Notes under the pieces: model-generated
Database searches by the model: none
The model's input: the letters and a program-made list of their open reading frames with translations, nothing else
What the model was told of the DNA's origin: nothing
Origin: Euprymna scolopes
Lineage: Eukaryota
Assembly: GCA_053919585.1 (NCBI GenBank)
Contig: CM132828.1
Length of the DNA stretch: 64,000 nucleotides
Reading direction: 5' to 3' (one strand)
Shown here: piece after piece, positions 1 through 13,075 of the stretch
How positions within the stretch are numbered: position 1 is the stretch's first letter
Layout of the letters: every line of letters starts with the position of its first letter
Translations under genes and position numbers: made by a program

Positions 1-685
1 TGAGCGTTGGTTAAATGTATTTTGCTTCGGAATTATTGTTTGAGAAAAATATGTGGTTTCCGATGCAAGATTTTATAAAATAAGAGGAAATACTATATGA
101 TTGTGGTTATTTGAAGTTGGGCCATTGTATGTGAGTTGAATAGATTAGGTGGGTAATGTTGTTTTATTAGGCGTATGTCGAATTGCAAATGCAACAGAAT
201 AATTTACAGCAGTTTCGGTGATTGATTGTTTAGGTATTACATTGATTAAGGCTTTGTTTGGGTGTTGTGTTGATCAAGGCTTCGAGTTTCACTTCAGCAG
301 TAGTTGGTTATTGGGTTTTGGTGGGGAATGGTGAAAGTTGCTATGTTTGGGGTAATTCAATAACTGTACATCAATAAATCACAAATAGGCAGTTATGTTC
401 AAAAGAACAATGCTTAGGAGTTAGTTTTAATTAAAACTTTTGATTATATATATATAAATGTATATTATAAACTTTGTTTTACTTTATTTATATAAATATT
501 TAAAATGTGTTTCATCTTATCATAATAAAAACAAAACTAATATGTGATTTACAAACTAAAAATATTTAATTTCTTTTTTTTTTATTTACAGATGTTCCTG
601 CTTCATCACATTTATATATATTTTTTTAACATTCTCTCAACAATTGCTCACTTGTATGAGGGGAAGTAGAAGCAGCAATGTATGT

Positions 686-734
686 TATATTCTTATGAAG
701 CAGGTTCACTTTCTGTAATCAATTTTAGTGAAAC
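686..734 (+). pseudogene. Decayed zinc-finger unit just upstream of the ORF, out of frame
   Basis: tattcttatgaagc...tctgtaatcaattttagtgaaacatg matches the finger DNA consensus tattcttgtgaag...tctgtaaaatcaaatttagtgaaacatatg. CATATG has collapsed to CATG. Confidence 0.6.
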
Positions 735-1604
735 ATGCAGGTGCACAGTGATGAAAAGACACATACTTGTGAAGTTTGTGGATATTCTTGTTCTAAAAAA
801 TTAAATTTAGTGATACATATGAGAACACACACTGGGGAAAAGCCACATTCTTGTGAAGTGTGTGGATATTCTTGCTCTACAAAATCAAATTTAGTGAAGC
901 ATATGAGAACTCACTCTGGGGAAAAGCCATATTCTTGTGAAGTTTGTGGATATTCTTGTTCTGTAAAATCATCATTAGTGACACATATGAGAACTCACAC
1001 TGGGGAAAAGCCATATTCTTGTGAAATTTGTAGATATTCTTGTTCTACCAGACAAAGTTTAGCAATACATATGCGAACGCACACTTTTGAGAAGCCATAT
1101 TCTTGTGAAGTATGTGGATATTCTTGTTCTGAACAATCAAACTTAGTGATTCATATGCGAACTCACACTGGCGAAAAGCCATATTCTTGTGAAGTGTGTG
1201 GATATTCTTTTTCTACTAAATCAACGTTAGTTCGACATATGAGAACACACACTGGCGAAAAACCACATTCTTGTGAAGTTTGTGGATATTCTTGTTCTAG
1301 AAAATCAAATTTAGTGACACATATGCGAACTCACACTGGCGAAAAGCCATATTCTTGTGAAGTGTGTGTATATTCTTGTTCTGATAAATCAACATTAGTT
1401 ACACATATGAGAATGCACACTGGCGAAAAACCACATTCTTGTGAGGTTTGTGGATACTCTTGTTCTGCAAAATCAAATTTAGTGAAACATATGCGAACTC
1501 ACACTGGTGAAAAGCCATATTCTTGTGAGATGTGTGGATTTTCTTGTTCTGAAACGTCAACATTAGTTAGACATATGAGAATTCACTTTAAGTGTAAGCC
1601 CTAG
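735..1604 (+). CDS. Tandem C2H2 (Kruppel-type) zinc-finger protein with 10 fingers; possibly only the last exon of a longer gene
   Basis: Ten C-x2-C-x12-H-x3-H units at 28-aa (84-bp) spacing, with TGEKP(Y/H)S linkers and an uninterrupted ORF. A polypyrimidine tract plus AG ending at 591 could be an upstream splice acceptor. No effector domain is visible. Confidence 0.9.
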   Translation: MQVHSDEKTHTCEVCGYSCSKKLNLVIHMRTHTGEKPHSCEVCGYSCSTKSNLVKHMRTHSGEKPYSCEVCGYSCSVKSSLVTHMRTHTGEKPYSCEICRYSCSTRQSLAIHMRTHTFEKPYSCEVCGYSCSEQSNLVIHMRTHTGEKPYSCEVCGYSFSTKSTLVRHMRTHTGEKPHSCEVCGYSCSRKSNLVTHMRTHTGEKPYSCEVCVYSCSDKSTLVTHMRMHTGEKPHSCEVCGYSCSAKSNLVKHMRTHTGEKPYSCEMCGFSCSETSTLVRHMRIHFKCKP

Positions 1605-1654
1605 GAAAGAGCCACTTGATCTCGTCAAACTAACAAAAGTAAAATCTAAAAAAA

Positions 1655-1870
1655 GGAAAACCATATTCTTGTGAGGGTTGTGAATAGACCCACACCACCA
1701 GTCTTAATGGATCAAACTCTACAGTCTGTCATGTGTGTGGATATTTTTATTCTGCAAAATCAACGTTATTGACACATATAAGAACTGACACTGGGGCAAA
1801 GCCACATGCTTGTGAAGTGGGTGGATATTCTTGTTCTGTAAAATCACATTTAGTGACACACAATAGAAGA
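1655..1870 (+). pseudogene. Two to three decayed zinc-finger units after the stop codon
   Basis: ggaaaaccatattcttgtgagggttgtgaatag, then ORF 1733 CGYFYSAKSTLLTHIRTDTGAKPHACEVGGYSCSVKSHLVTHNRR, which has lost Cys/His ligands. Confidence 0.75.
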
Positions 1871-2239
1871 TGTGAAAGAAAAAATATTTCCTCAATTCCA
1901 AAAAAAAACGCAAGCCTAAAACAAAAAATATTATATCAGCATGGCGACTAAAGAATATCATCTGCTCAGTTTCCAATGTAAACATAGAAGAGATGAAAAA
2001 TGTTGCAAAAGAACTAGAGGACAAAATAGAAGGCCAGATACAAGCACTAAAGGATCCAAGGAGAGAGAACAAACCGAATGCAAAATAGTATAATAATCTC
2101 TTCAGAAGTTCTATTCTACAGAAACCTAGTGACTTAAAGACCAATTGTATCCTAGAAGAAATAAAAACAAGCCAGAAATTCTGATAACATCTAGAACACA
2201 AATGGAAATACAAAAAAAACTAGAATTGACAACTTTCCA

Positions 2240-3130
2240 TTGTTTTATATTTTCATATATTTTATTTGTTAATTAACTGGACACACAAAACAACAGTTTT
2301 ATCGATTTACTAAAACGAAAACAAATTTACAAAACAAAACAAATTTCACTTTTTTTAATTGAATTCTTGTAATGTAAGTTTTTGTTTTATTCTTTAGACA
2401 TTTAAACAATCCCATTCTATACGTTGTAAAATAATCTTAAATATTAAAAATATTTTTATTTATTGCAATCTAATAAAAACGATATATTGATTCCACCATG
2501 CTTTATGATAAATTTGAATAAAATTTATAAATTTCTTATTAAATTTTTATTTACTTATTGCAATCTAATAAAAAAGATATATTGAATTATATTATGCTTT
2601 AAAATAAATATGAATAAAATTTATGAATTTCTGATTTAAAAAATCCTGTTAAATATTCAGTCCGATATTAGTCTTTAATTCAAAATATATTTATTTTAAA
2701 TAAAATGTTCCATCTGATATTTGGATTTCTGTCAAAATTTGCTTTAATTAAAAATTTGGTGTTTTCTGAGAAAATAATGTTTACCATAAACTAAATAATT
2801 TACAATAAAAACAATTTAATTTAAAGTTGGTTAAAAACTGGTTTTCGATATTTAATTGGCTGAACATTTTATACAATTCTTTTTCCGTCTATACGTATCT
2901 GGAGGATAATGTTTGATTTTTGATATTTTATCCAATTATTAAGATTTTAGAATAGTGGATAATGGTTTGATAAAGTTTACATTAAATGAGAACCCATTTA
3001 TATTAGTCATCATCAATTAACAGAAACTTAATGGTGAAAAGAAATCGGTAAATTTTTACAATCTGCGCAGAATTTAAAATCTACTTTCTTTTTTTTTTGT
3101 TATTATATTTCAAAATGCTATAAAAATATC
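2240..3130 (+). repeat. Non-coding AT-rich block with a diverged collinear copy at ~53910-55200
   Basis: Shared anchors in the same order: tatattttcatatattttattt..tggacacacaaa, tattgattccaccat, tcgatatttaattg, aaagtttacat.aaatgag..catcatcaatta..agaaacttaa. Confidence 0.65.
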
Positions 3131-3795
3131 TGCAAAGAAAGAATTGATAAAAATAAATAATTAAAATTTTAGAGTGTGTGATCATTTAACAATATTAATT
3201 TTATGTAAAATGAGCATCCACTTTGTGGCCAGTTAGTGATCAACACGACTAATAATCTTTTGTAGTTTCTAAATTTTATGGCACAGGAAAGGAGGAGACA
3301 ATGCTCGTGTCAGATTTTGTTTTCTTCTTTTTGGAGGAGGAGTAGAGCCGATACATTTTTAAATAACTGTTAATCAAAAACCGATATAAGTCACCCATTC
3401 AACCATCTTAATTGGAAATTAATCTATTCAGTGTCTTGGTGACTGCTAACAGGGGTGTTCATTTTACGTTAAATTTATATAGGAAAGTGATCCCCAATTT
3501 TAAAATCCTAGCTATTTAATATTTGTAATTCCTTTTTATTTTTTAACAATCGTTTATACGTAATAGTAAAAAAAATAAAGGGGGTGATCTACACTGAGTT
3601 AGATTGTAAAGATTTTCAAAATATATTTGTTTTTATTTTGACTTTTTGTATAACGTTAACATTTCTAGTGTGGCGTGGGAGGGCATTTTTAACAAATAAT
3701 TTTTATTTCGTCTATTTTCATAACAGTGCCAATTTTATTTTTAGAGTGAATTACCGATCATCTTTGTTTTTATTTCTAAAATAATAAACTACTTT

Positions 3796-3880
3796 TTGAA
3801 CAGCACACATATACGTTATTACTTGAACAGCACACATATACGTTATTACTTGAACAGCACACATATACGTTATTACTTGA
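3796..3880. repeat. 27-bp minisatellite, 3 copies
   Basis: ttgaacagcacacatatacgttattac repeated exactly three times. Confidence 0.9.
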
Positions 3881-4789
3881 TACAATTGCCTAACTGACGA
3901 GAATTGCAACTTCCAGTTAAAAATATGTTCATCAGTCAACGGTGAATTGTGAAAATCAGTTCCCTGTATAATTAACACATACGAAAATCTAGTTCCCCCA
4001 ATTGGTTTGGTTGAATGTGATTTTTTTCACTGGAAATTTGAATTTAATTTTCTTACACATATAGTTATTGTAATTAAAATGTTTCCTTTCTTCAAATCTT
4101 ATGAGATATATTTTTAAAAGACCCTCTTCCACATTGTTAGAATGATTTTCTACATAATTCTTTAGTAATATATTTTAAACACGGGAAAGAGGTACTGTTA
4201 ACTATTCTTTACTTTCCTAAAACAATTTACTAAACAAAAAAAAACATCTTAGTTTTTTATTCGATTATGTAATGAATTCAGTACATAATATTTTTTTGCA
4301 AGTTTTTTTTTTTAAACAACTGTGTTTTGAATCACTATGCACTGGCTAAGCGTCCCTCCCCTGGACTAGATTTGAGTACCGCAAGAAAAGTTACCTAAAT
4401 GATCCCTTAACCCAATTGTTAGGCCTAGCAATAGGAACTTGAAAGGGAATGTGGCTCATTAACCTCCTTACTTGTATAGCATTTAGCTTTTACAGAAAAA
4501 ACGTGAAAAAATACTAGGAAAAATCAGCAAATACAAGATAATTAGCAAATTACTTAAGAAAACCTAAATAGTTACACAATTCATAAATAATGATGTCAAA
4601 ATTGCTGATAATTTTATTTAAAATTTATTTCAAGAAATTGTCCTTTAATAGAAATCTAAACTATTGCAATAAAACATATCACCTTTCTAACAGCATAATT
4701 GTTACACAAAGAAAATGTTGTTAAATTGATCCATTTGCAGCCAACTACGATTGTTAATGCACAGATTCTAAAGATTCAAGTGTCGAAAA

Positions 4790-5215
4790 ATTTTGAATTT
4801 TTACATTTGCATATTTTTATTTTTTCTTATGGTATTCTGTTTTATTTATTGCATGTTTAAAAGTTTTGAACTTTTTTATTTGTATATTTTTCTTTCTTCT
4901 TAGCGTATTCTGTTTTATCAATTACATGTTTAAATTTTTTGAATTTTTTATTTGTATATTTTTCTTCCTTCTTAGCGTATTCTGTTTTATTAATTACATG
5001 TTTAAATTTTTTGAATTTTTTATTTGTATATTTTTCTTTCTTCTTAGCATATTCTGTTTTATTAATTACATGTTTAAATTTTTTAAATTTTTTATTTGTA
5101 TATTTTTCTTTCTTCTTAGCATATTCTGTTTTATTAATTACATGTTAAAATTTTCTGAATTTTTTTATTTGTATATTTTTTATCGTATTCTGTTTTATGA
5201 ATAAAATGTTTAAAA
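4790..5215. repeat. 72-bp T-rich minisatellite, about 6 copies
   Basis: The tattctgtttt anchor recurs every 72-73 bp, which gives the 24-aa periodicity of the spurious ORFs at 4866 and 4939. Confidence 0.9.
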
Positions 5216-8200
5216 TGGAATCTAAACTATTGCCATAAAGCAAAGCAAGATTTCGAGCGAAATACACGTTAAATCTGATACTGTGTCATTATAAACACCA
5301 ATAAAACAATAACAATCTCAATTGTTAACATCCTAAAAAGGATCTTCCGAGTAAACAGTATTTTTCCTATTCTTTATTACGTGTGAATAAATCTGCCACT
5401 TAATTAATGATTGACTTTATTACATGTGAATAAATCTGCCACTTAATAAATGATTGATTTTATTACATGTGAATACATCTGCTACTTAATAAATGATTGC
5501 CTTTATACCGTGTGAATAAATCTGCCACTTAATAAATGATTGACTTTATCACGTGTGAATAAATCTGCCACTTAATAAATGATTGACTTTATTACGTGTG
5601 AATAAATCTGCCACTTAATAAATGATTGATTTTATTACATGTGAATAAATCTGCCACTTAATAAATGATTGATTTTATTACGTGTGAATAAATCTGCCAC
5701 TTAATAAATGATTGACTTTATTACGGGTGAATAAATCTGCCACTTAATAAATGATTGACTTTATTACGTGTGAATAAATCCGCCACTTAATAAATGATTG
5801 ACTTTATTGCCTGTGAATAAATCTGCCACTTAATTAATGATTGACCTTATTACATGTGAATAAATCTGCCACTAAATAAATGATTGACTTTATTACGTGT
5901 GAATAAATCTGCCACTTAATAAATGATTGACTTTATTACCTGTGAATAAATCTGCCACTTAATAAATGATTGACTTTATTACATGTGAATAAATCTGCCA
6001 CTTAATAAATGATTGACTTTATTGCGTGTGAATAAATCTGCCACTTAATAAATGATTGACTTTATTACGTGTGAATAAATCTGCCATTTAATAAATGATT
6101 GACTTTATTACATGTGAATAAATCTGCCACTTAATAAATGATTGACTTTATTACGTGTGAATAAATCTGCCACTTAATAAATGATTGACTTTATTACGTG
6201 TGAATAAATCTGCCTCTTAATAAATGATTGACTTTATTGCGTGTGAATAAATCTGCCGCTTAATAAATGGTTGACTTTATTACATGTGAATAAATCTGCC
6301 ACTTAATAAATGATTGACTTTATTACGTGTGAAAAAATCTGCCACTTAATAATTGACTTTATTACGTGTGAATAAATCTGCTACTTAATAAATGATTGAC
6401 TTTATTACGTGTGAATAAATCTGCCACTTAATGATTGACTTTATTGCGTGTGAATAAATCTGCCCCTTAATAAATGATTGACTTTATTACGTGTGAATAA
6501 ATCTGCCATTTAATAAATGATTGACTTTATTACATGTGAATAAATCTGCCACTTAATAAATGATTGCCTTTATTACGTGTGAATAAATCTGCAACTTAAT
6601 AAATGATTGACTTTATTACGTGTGAATAAATCTGCCACTTAATAAATGATTGACTTTATTACGTGTGAATAAATCTGCCACTTAATGATTGACTTTATTA
6701 CGTGTGAATAAATCTGCCACTTAATGATTGACTTTATTACGTGTGAATAAATCTGCCACTTAATAAATGATTGACTTTATTACGTGTGAATAAATCTGCC
6801 ACTTAATAAATGATTGACTTTATTACGTGTGAATAAATCTGCCACTTAATAAATGATTGACTTTATTACATGTGAATAAATCTGCCATTTAATAAATGAT
6901 TGACTTTATTACATGTGAATAAATCTGCCACTTAATAAATGATTGACTTTATTACATGTGAATAAATCTCCCACTTAATAAATGATTGATTTTATTACGT
7001 GTGAATAAATCTGCAACTTAATAAATGATTGACTTTATTACGTGTGAATAAATCTGCCACTTAATGATTGACTTTATTACGTGTGAATAAATCTGTTACT
7101 TAATAAATGATTGACTTTATTACGTGTGAATAAATCTGCCACTTAATAATGATTGATTTTATTGCGTATGAATAAATCTGCCACTTAATACATGATTGAC
7201 TTTATTACATGTGAATAAATCGATAACTTAATAAATGATTGACTTTATTACGTGTAAATAAATCTGCCACTTAATAAATGATTGACTTTATTACGTGTGA
7301 ATAAATCTGCCACTAAATAAATGATTGACTTTATTACGTGTGAATAAATCTGCCACTTAATAGATGTTTGACTTTATTACATGTGAATAAATCTGCCACT
7401 TAATAAATGATTGACTTTATTACGTGTGAATAAATCTGCCACTTAATGATTGACTTTATTACGTGTGAATAAATCTGCCACTTAATAAATGATTGACTTT
7501 ATTACGTGTTAATAAATCTGCCCCTTAATAAATGATTGACTTTATTACGTGTGAATACATCTGCCACTTAATTATTGACTTTATTACGTGTGAATAAATC
7601 TGCCACTTAATAAATGATTGACTTTATTACGTGTGAATAAATCTGCCACTTTATAAATGATTAATTTTATTACGTGTGAATAAATCTGCCGCTCAATAAA
7701 TGATTGACTTTATTACATGTGAATACATCTGCCACTGAACAAATGATTGACTTTATTGCGTGTGAATAAATCTGCCACTTAATAAATGATTGACTTTATT
7801 ACGTGTGAAAAAATTTGCCACTTAATAAATGATTGACTTTATTACGTGTGAATAAATCTGCCACTTAATAAATGATTGACTTTATTACATGTGAATAAAT
7901 CTGCCATTATTAAGATAAATGATTGACTTTATTAGGTGTGAATAAATCTGCCACTTAATAAATGATTGACTTTATTGTGTGTGAATAAATCTGCCACTCA
8001 ATCAATGATTGACTTTATTACATGTGAATAAATCTGCCACTTAATAAATGATTGACTTTATTACGTGTGAACAAATCTGCCACTTAATAAATGATTGACT
8101 TTATTACGTGTGAATAAATCTGCCATTATTAAGATAAATGATTGACTTTATTACGTGTGAATAAATCTGCCACTTAATGAATGATTGACTTTATTGTGTG

Positions 8201-11200
8201 TGAATAAATCTGCCACTCAATCAATGATTGACTTTATTACCTGTGAATAAATCTTCCACTTAATAAATGATTGACTTTATTGCGTGTGAATAAATCTGCC
8301 ACTTAATAAATGATTGACTGTATTACATGTGAATAAATCTGCCACTTAATAAATGATTGACTTTATTACGTGTGAATAAATCTGCCATTATTAAGATAAA
8401 TGATTGACTTTATTACGTGTGAATAAATCTGCCACTTAATGATTGACTTTATTACGTGTGAATAAATCTGCCACTTAATAAAGGATTGACTTTATTGCGT
8501 GTGAATAAATCTGCCACTTAATAAATGATTGCCTCTATTGCATGTGAATAAATCTGCCACTTAATAAATGATTGATTTTATTACATGTGAATAAATCTGC
8601 CACTTAATAAATGATTGATTTTATTACATGTGACTAAATCTGCCACTTAATAAATGATTGCCTTTATTACCTGTGAATAAATCTGCCACTTAATAAATGA
8701 TTGATTTTATTACATGTGAATAAATCTGCCTCTTAATAAATGATTGACTTTATTACGTGTGAATAAATCTGCCACTTAATAAATGATTGACTTTATTACG
8801 TGTGAATAAATCTGCCACTTAATAAATGATTGACTTTATAACCTATGAATAAATCTGCAACTTAATAAATGATTGACTTTATTACATGTGAATAAATCTG
8901 CCACTTAATAAATGATTGATTTTATTACATGTGAATACATCTGCCACTTAATAAATGATTGACTTTATTACGTGTGAATAAATCTGCCACTTAATAAATG
9001 ATTGACGTTATTACATGTGAATAAATCTGCCACTTAATAAATGATTGATTTTATTACATGTGAATAAATCTGCCACTTAATAAATGATTGACTTTATTAC
9101 GTGTGAATAAATCTGCCACTTAATAAATGATTGACTTTATTACGTGTGAATAAATCCGCCACTTAACAAATTATTGACTTTATTACCTATGAATAAATCT
9201 GCCACTTCATAAATAATTGACTTTACTACATGTGAATACATCTGCCACTAAATAAATGATTGACTTTATTACGTGTGAATAAATCTGCCACTTAATAAAT
9301 TATTGACTTTATTACGTGTGAATAAATCTGCCACTTAATAAATGATTGACTTTATTGCGTGTGAATAAATCTGCCACTTAATAAATGATTGACTTTATTA
9401 CGTGTGAATAAATCTGCCATTTAATAAATGATTGACTTTATTACATGTGAATAAATCTGCCACTTAATAAATGATTGACTTTATTACGTGTGAATAAATC
9501 TGCCACTTAATAAATGATTGACTTTATTACGTGTGAATAAATCTGCCTCTTAATAAATGATTGACTTTATTGCGTGTGAATAAATCTGCCGCTTAATAAA
9601 TGGTTGACTTTATTACATGTGAATAAATCTGCCACTTAATAAATGATTAACTTTATTACGTGTTAATAAATCTGCCACTAAATAATTGACTTTATTAAGT
9701 GTGAATAAATATTCTACTTAATAAATGATTGACTTTATTACGTGTGAATAAATCTGCCACTTAATAAATGATTGACGTTATTACATGTGAATAAATCTGC
9801 CATTTAATAAATGATTGATTTTATTACATGTGAATAAATCTGCCACTTAATAAATGATTGATTTTATTACATGTGAATAAATCTGCCACTTAATAAATGA
9901 TTGCCTTTATTACCTGTGAATAAATCTGCCACTTAATAAATGATTGATTTTATTACATGTGAATAAATCTGCCTGTTAATAAATGATTGACTTTATTACG
10001 TGTGAATAAATCTGCCACTTAATAAATGATTGACTTTATTACGTGTGAATAAATCCGCCACTTAATAAATGATTGACTTCATAACCTATGAATAAATCTG
10101 CAACTTAATAAATGATTGATTTTATTGCGTATGAATAAATCTGCCACTTAATAAATGATTGATTTTATTACATGTGAATAAATCTGCCACTTAATAAATG
10201 ATTGACTTTATTACGTGTGAATAAATCTGCCACTTAATAAATGATTGACGTTATTACATGTGAATAAATCTGCCACTTAATAAATGATTGATTTTATTAC
10301 ACGTGAATAAATCTGCCACTTAATAAATGATTGACTTTATTACGTGTGAATAAATCTGCCACTTAATAAATGATTGACTTTATTACGTGTGAATAAATCC
10401 GCCACTTAATAAATGATTGACTTTATTACCTATGAATAAATCTGCCACTTCATAAATAATTGACTTTATTACATGTGAATAAATCTGCCACTAAATAAAT
10501 GATTGACTTTATTACGTGTGAATAAATCTGCCACTTAATAAATTATTGACTTTATTACGTATTAATAAATCTGCCACTTAATAAATGATTGACTTTATTA
10601 CATGTGAATAAATCTGCCACTTAATAAATGATTGACTTTATTGCGTGTGAATAAACCTGCCTCTTAATAAATGATTGACTTTATTGCGTGTGAATAAATC
10701 TGCCGCTTAATAAATGGTTGACTTTATTACATGTGAATAAATCTGCCACTTAATAAATGATTGACTTTATTACGTGTGAATAAATCTGCCACTTAATAAT
10801 TGACTTTATTACGTGTGAATAAATCTGCTACTTAATAAATGATTGACTTTATTACGTGTGAATAAATCTGCCACTTAATGATTGACTTTATTGCGTGTGA
10901 ATAAATCTGCCCCTTAATAAATGATTGACTTTATTACGTGTGAATAAATCTGCCATTTAATAAATGATTGACTTTATTACATGTGAATAAATCTTCCACT
11001 TAATAAATGATTGACTTTATTACGTGTGAATAAATCTGCAACTTAATAAATGATTGACTTTATTACGTGTGAATAAATCTGCCACTTAATGATTGACTTT
11101 ATTACGTGTGAATAAATCTGCCATTTAATGATTGACTTTATTACGTGTGAATAAATCTGCCACTTAATAGATGTTTGACTTTATTACATGTGAATACATC

Positions 11201-13075
11201 TGCCACTTAATAAATGATTGACTTTATTACGTGTGAATAAATCTGCCACTTAATAATTGACTTTATTACGTGTTAATAAATCTGCTACTTAATAAATGAT
11301 TGACTTTATTACGTGTGAATAAATCTGCCACTTAATGATTGACTTTATTACGTGTGAATAAATCTGTCACTTAATAAATGATTGACTTTATTACGTGTGA
11401 ATAAATCTGCTACTTAATAATGATTGATTTTATTGCGTATGAATAAATCTGCCACTTAATACATGATTGACTTTATTACATGTGAATAAATCGATAACTT
11501 AATAAATGATTGACTTTATTACGTGTAAATAAATCTGCCACTTAATAAATGATTGATTTTATTACGTGTGAATAAATCTGCCACTTAATAAATGATTGAC
11601 TTTATTACGTGTGAATAAATCTGCCACTTAATAGATGTTTGACTTTATTACATGTGAATACATCTGCCACTTAATAAATGATTGACTTTATTACGTGTGA
11701 ATAAATCTGCCACTTAATGATTGACTTTATTACGTGTGAATAAATATGCCACTTAATAAATGATTGACTTTATTACGTGTGAATAAATCTGCCCCTTAAT
11801 AAATGATTGACTTTATTACGTGTGAATACATCTGCCACTTAATGATTGACTTTATTACGTGTGAATAAATCTGCCACTTAATAAATGATTGACTTTATTA
11901 CGTGTGAATAAATCTGCCACTTTATAAATGATTAATTTTATTACGTGTGAATAAATCTGCCGCTCAATAAATGATTGACTTTATTACATGTGACTACATC
12001 TGCCACTTAATAAATGATTGACTTTATTACGTGTGAATAAATCTGCCACTTAAGAAATGATTGACTTTATTACATGTGAATAAATCTGCCATTTTTAAGA
12101 TAAATGTTTGATTTTATAAGGTGTGAATAAATCTGCCACTTAATAAATGATTGACTTTATTGTGTGTGAATAAATCTTCCACTCAATCAATGATTGACTT
12201 TATTACATGTGAATAAATCTGCCACTTAATAAATGATTGACTTTATTACGTGTGAATAAATCTGCCACTTAATAAATTATTGACTTTATTACGTGTGAAT
12301 AAATCTGCCATTATTAAGATAAATGATTGACTTTATTACGTGTGAATAAATCTGCCACTTAATAAATGATTGACTTTATTACGTGTGAATAAATCTGCCA
12401 CTAAATCAATGATTGACTTTATTACGTGTGAATAAATCTGCCTCTTAATAAATGATTGACTTTATTGCGTGTGAATAAATCTGCCGCTTAATAAATGATT
12501 GACTTTATTACATGTGAAGTAATCTGCCACTTAATAAATGATTGACTTTATTACGTGTTAATAAATCTGCCACTAAATAATTGACTTTATTACGTGTGAA
12601 TAAATCTGCTACTTAATAAATGATTGACTTTATTACGTGTGAATAAATCTGCCACTTAATAAATGATTGACGTTATTACATGTGAATAAATCTGCCATTT
12701 AATATATGATTGATTTTATTACATGTGAATAAATCTGCCACTTAATAAATGATTGATTTTATTACATGTGAATAAATCTGCCACTTAATAAATGATTGCC
12801 TTTATTACCTGTGAATAAATCTGCCACTTAATGATTGATTTTATTACATGTGAATAAATCTGCTACTTAATAAATGATTGACTTTATTACGTGTGAATAA
12901 ATCTGCCACTTAATGATTGACTTTATTGCGTGTGAATAAATCTGCCCCTTAATAAATGATTGACTTTATTACGTGTTAATAAATCTGCCATTTAATAAAT
13001 GATTGACTTTATTACATGTGAATAAATCTGCCACTTAATAAATGATTGCCTTTATTACGTGTGAATAAATCTGCA

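Noticed and set aside
1-370. Possible old LINE fragment on the minus strand
   Set aside because: G/T skew and a faint resemblance only; no convincing RT motif.
735-1604. Assignment as PRDM9 or a named ZNF
   Set aside because: No SET, KRAB, ZAD or BTB domain is visible in the window, so the fingers alone cannot establish orthology.
1719-2213. 164-aa minus-strand ORF
   Set aside because: Antisense to decayed fingers and A-rich sequence, with no recognisable domain.
4866-5204. Hydrophobic repeat ORFs (112 and 69 aa)
   Set aside because: Translation by-products of the T-rich 72-bp minisatellite, with non-ATG starts.
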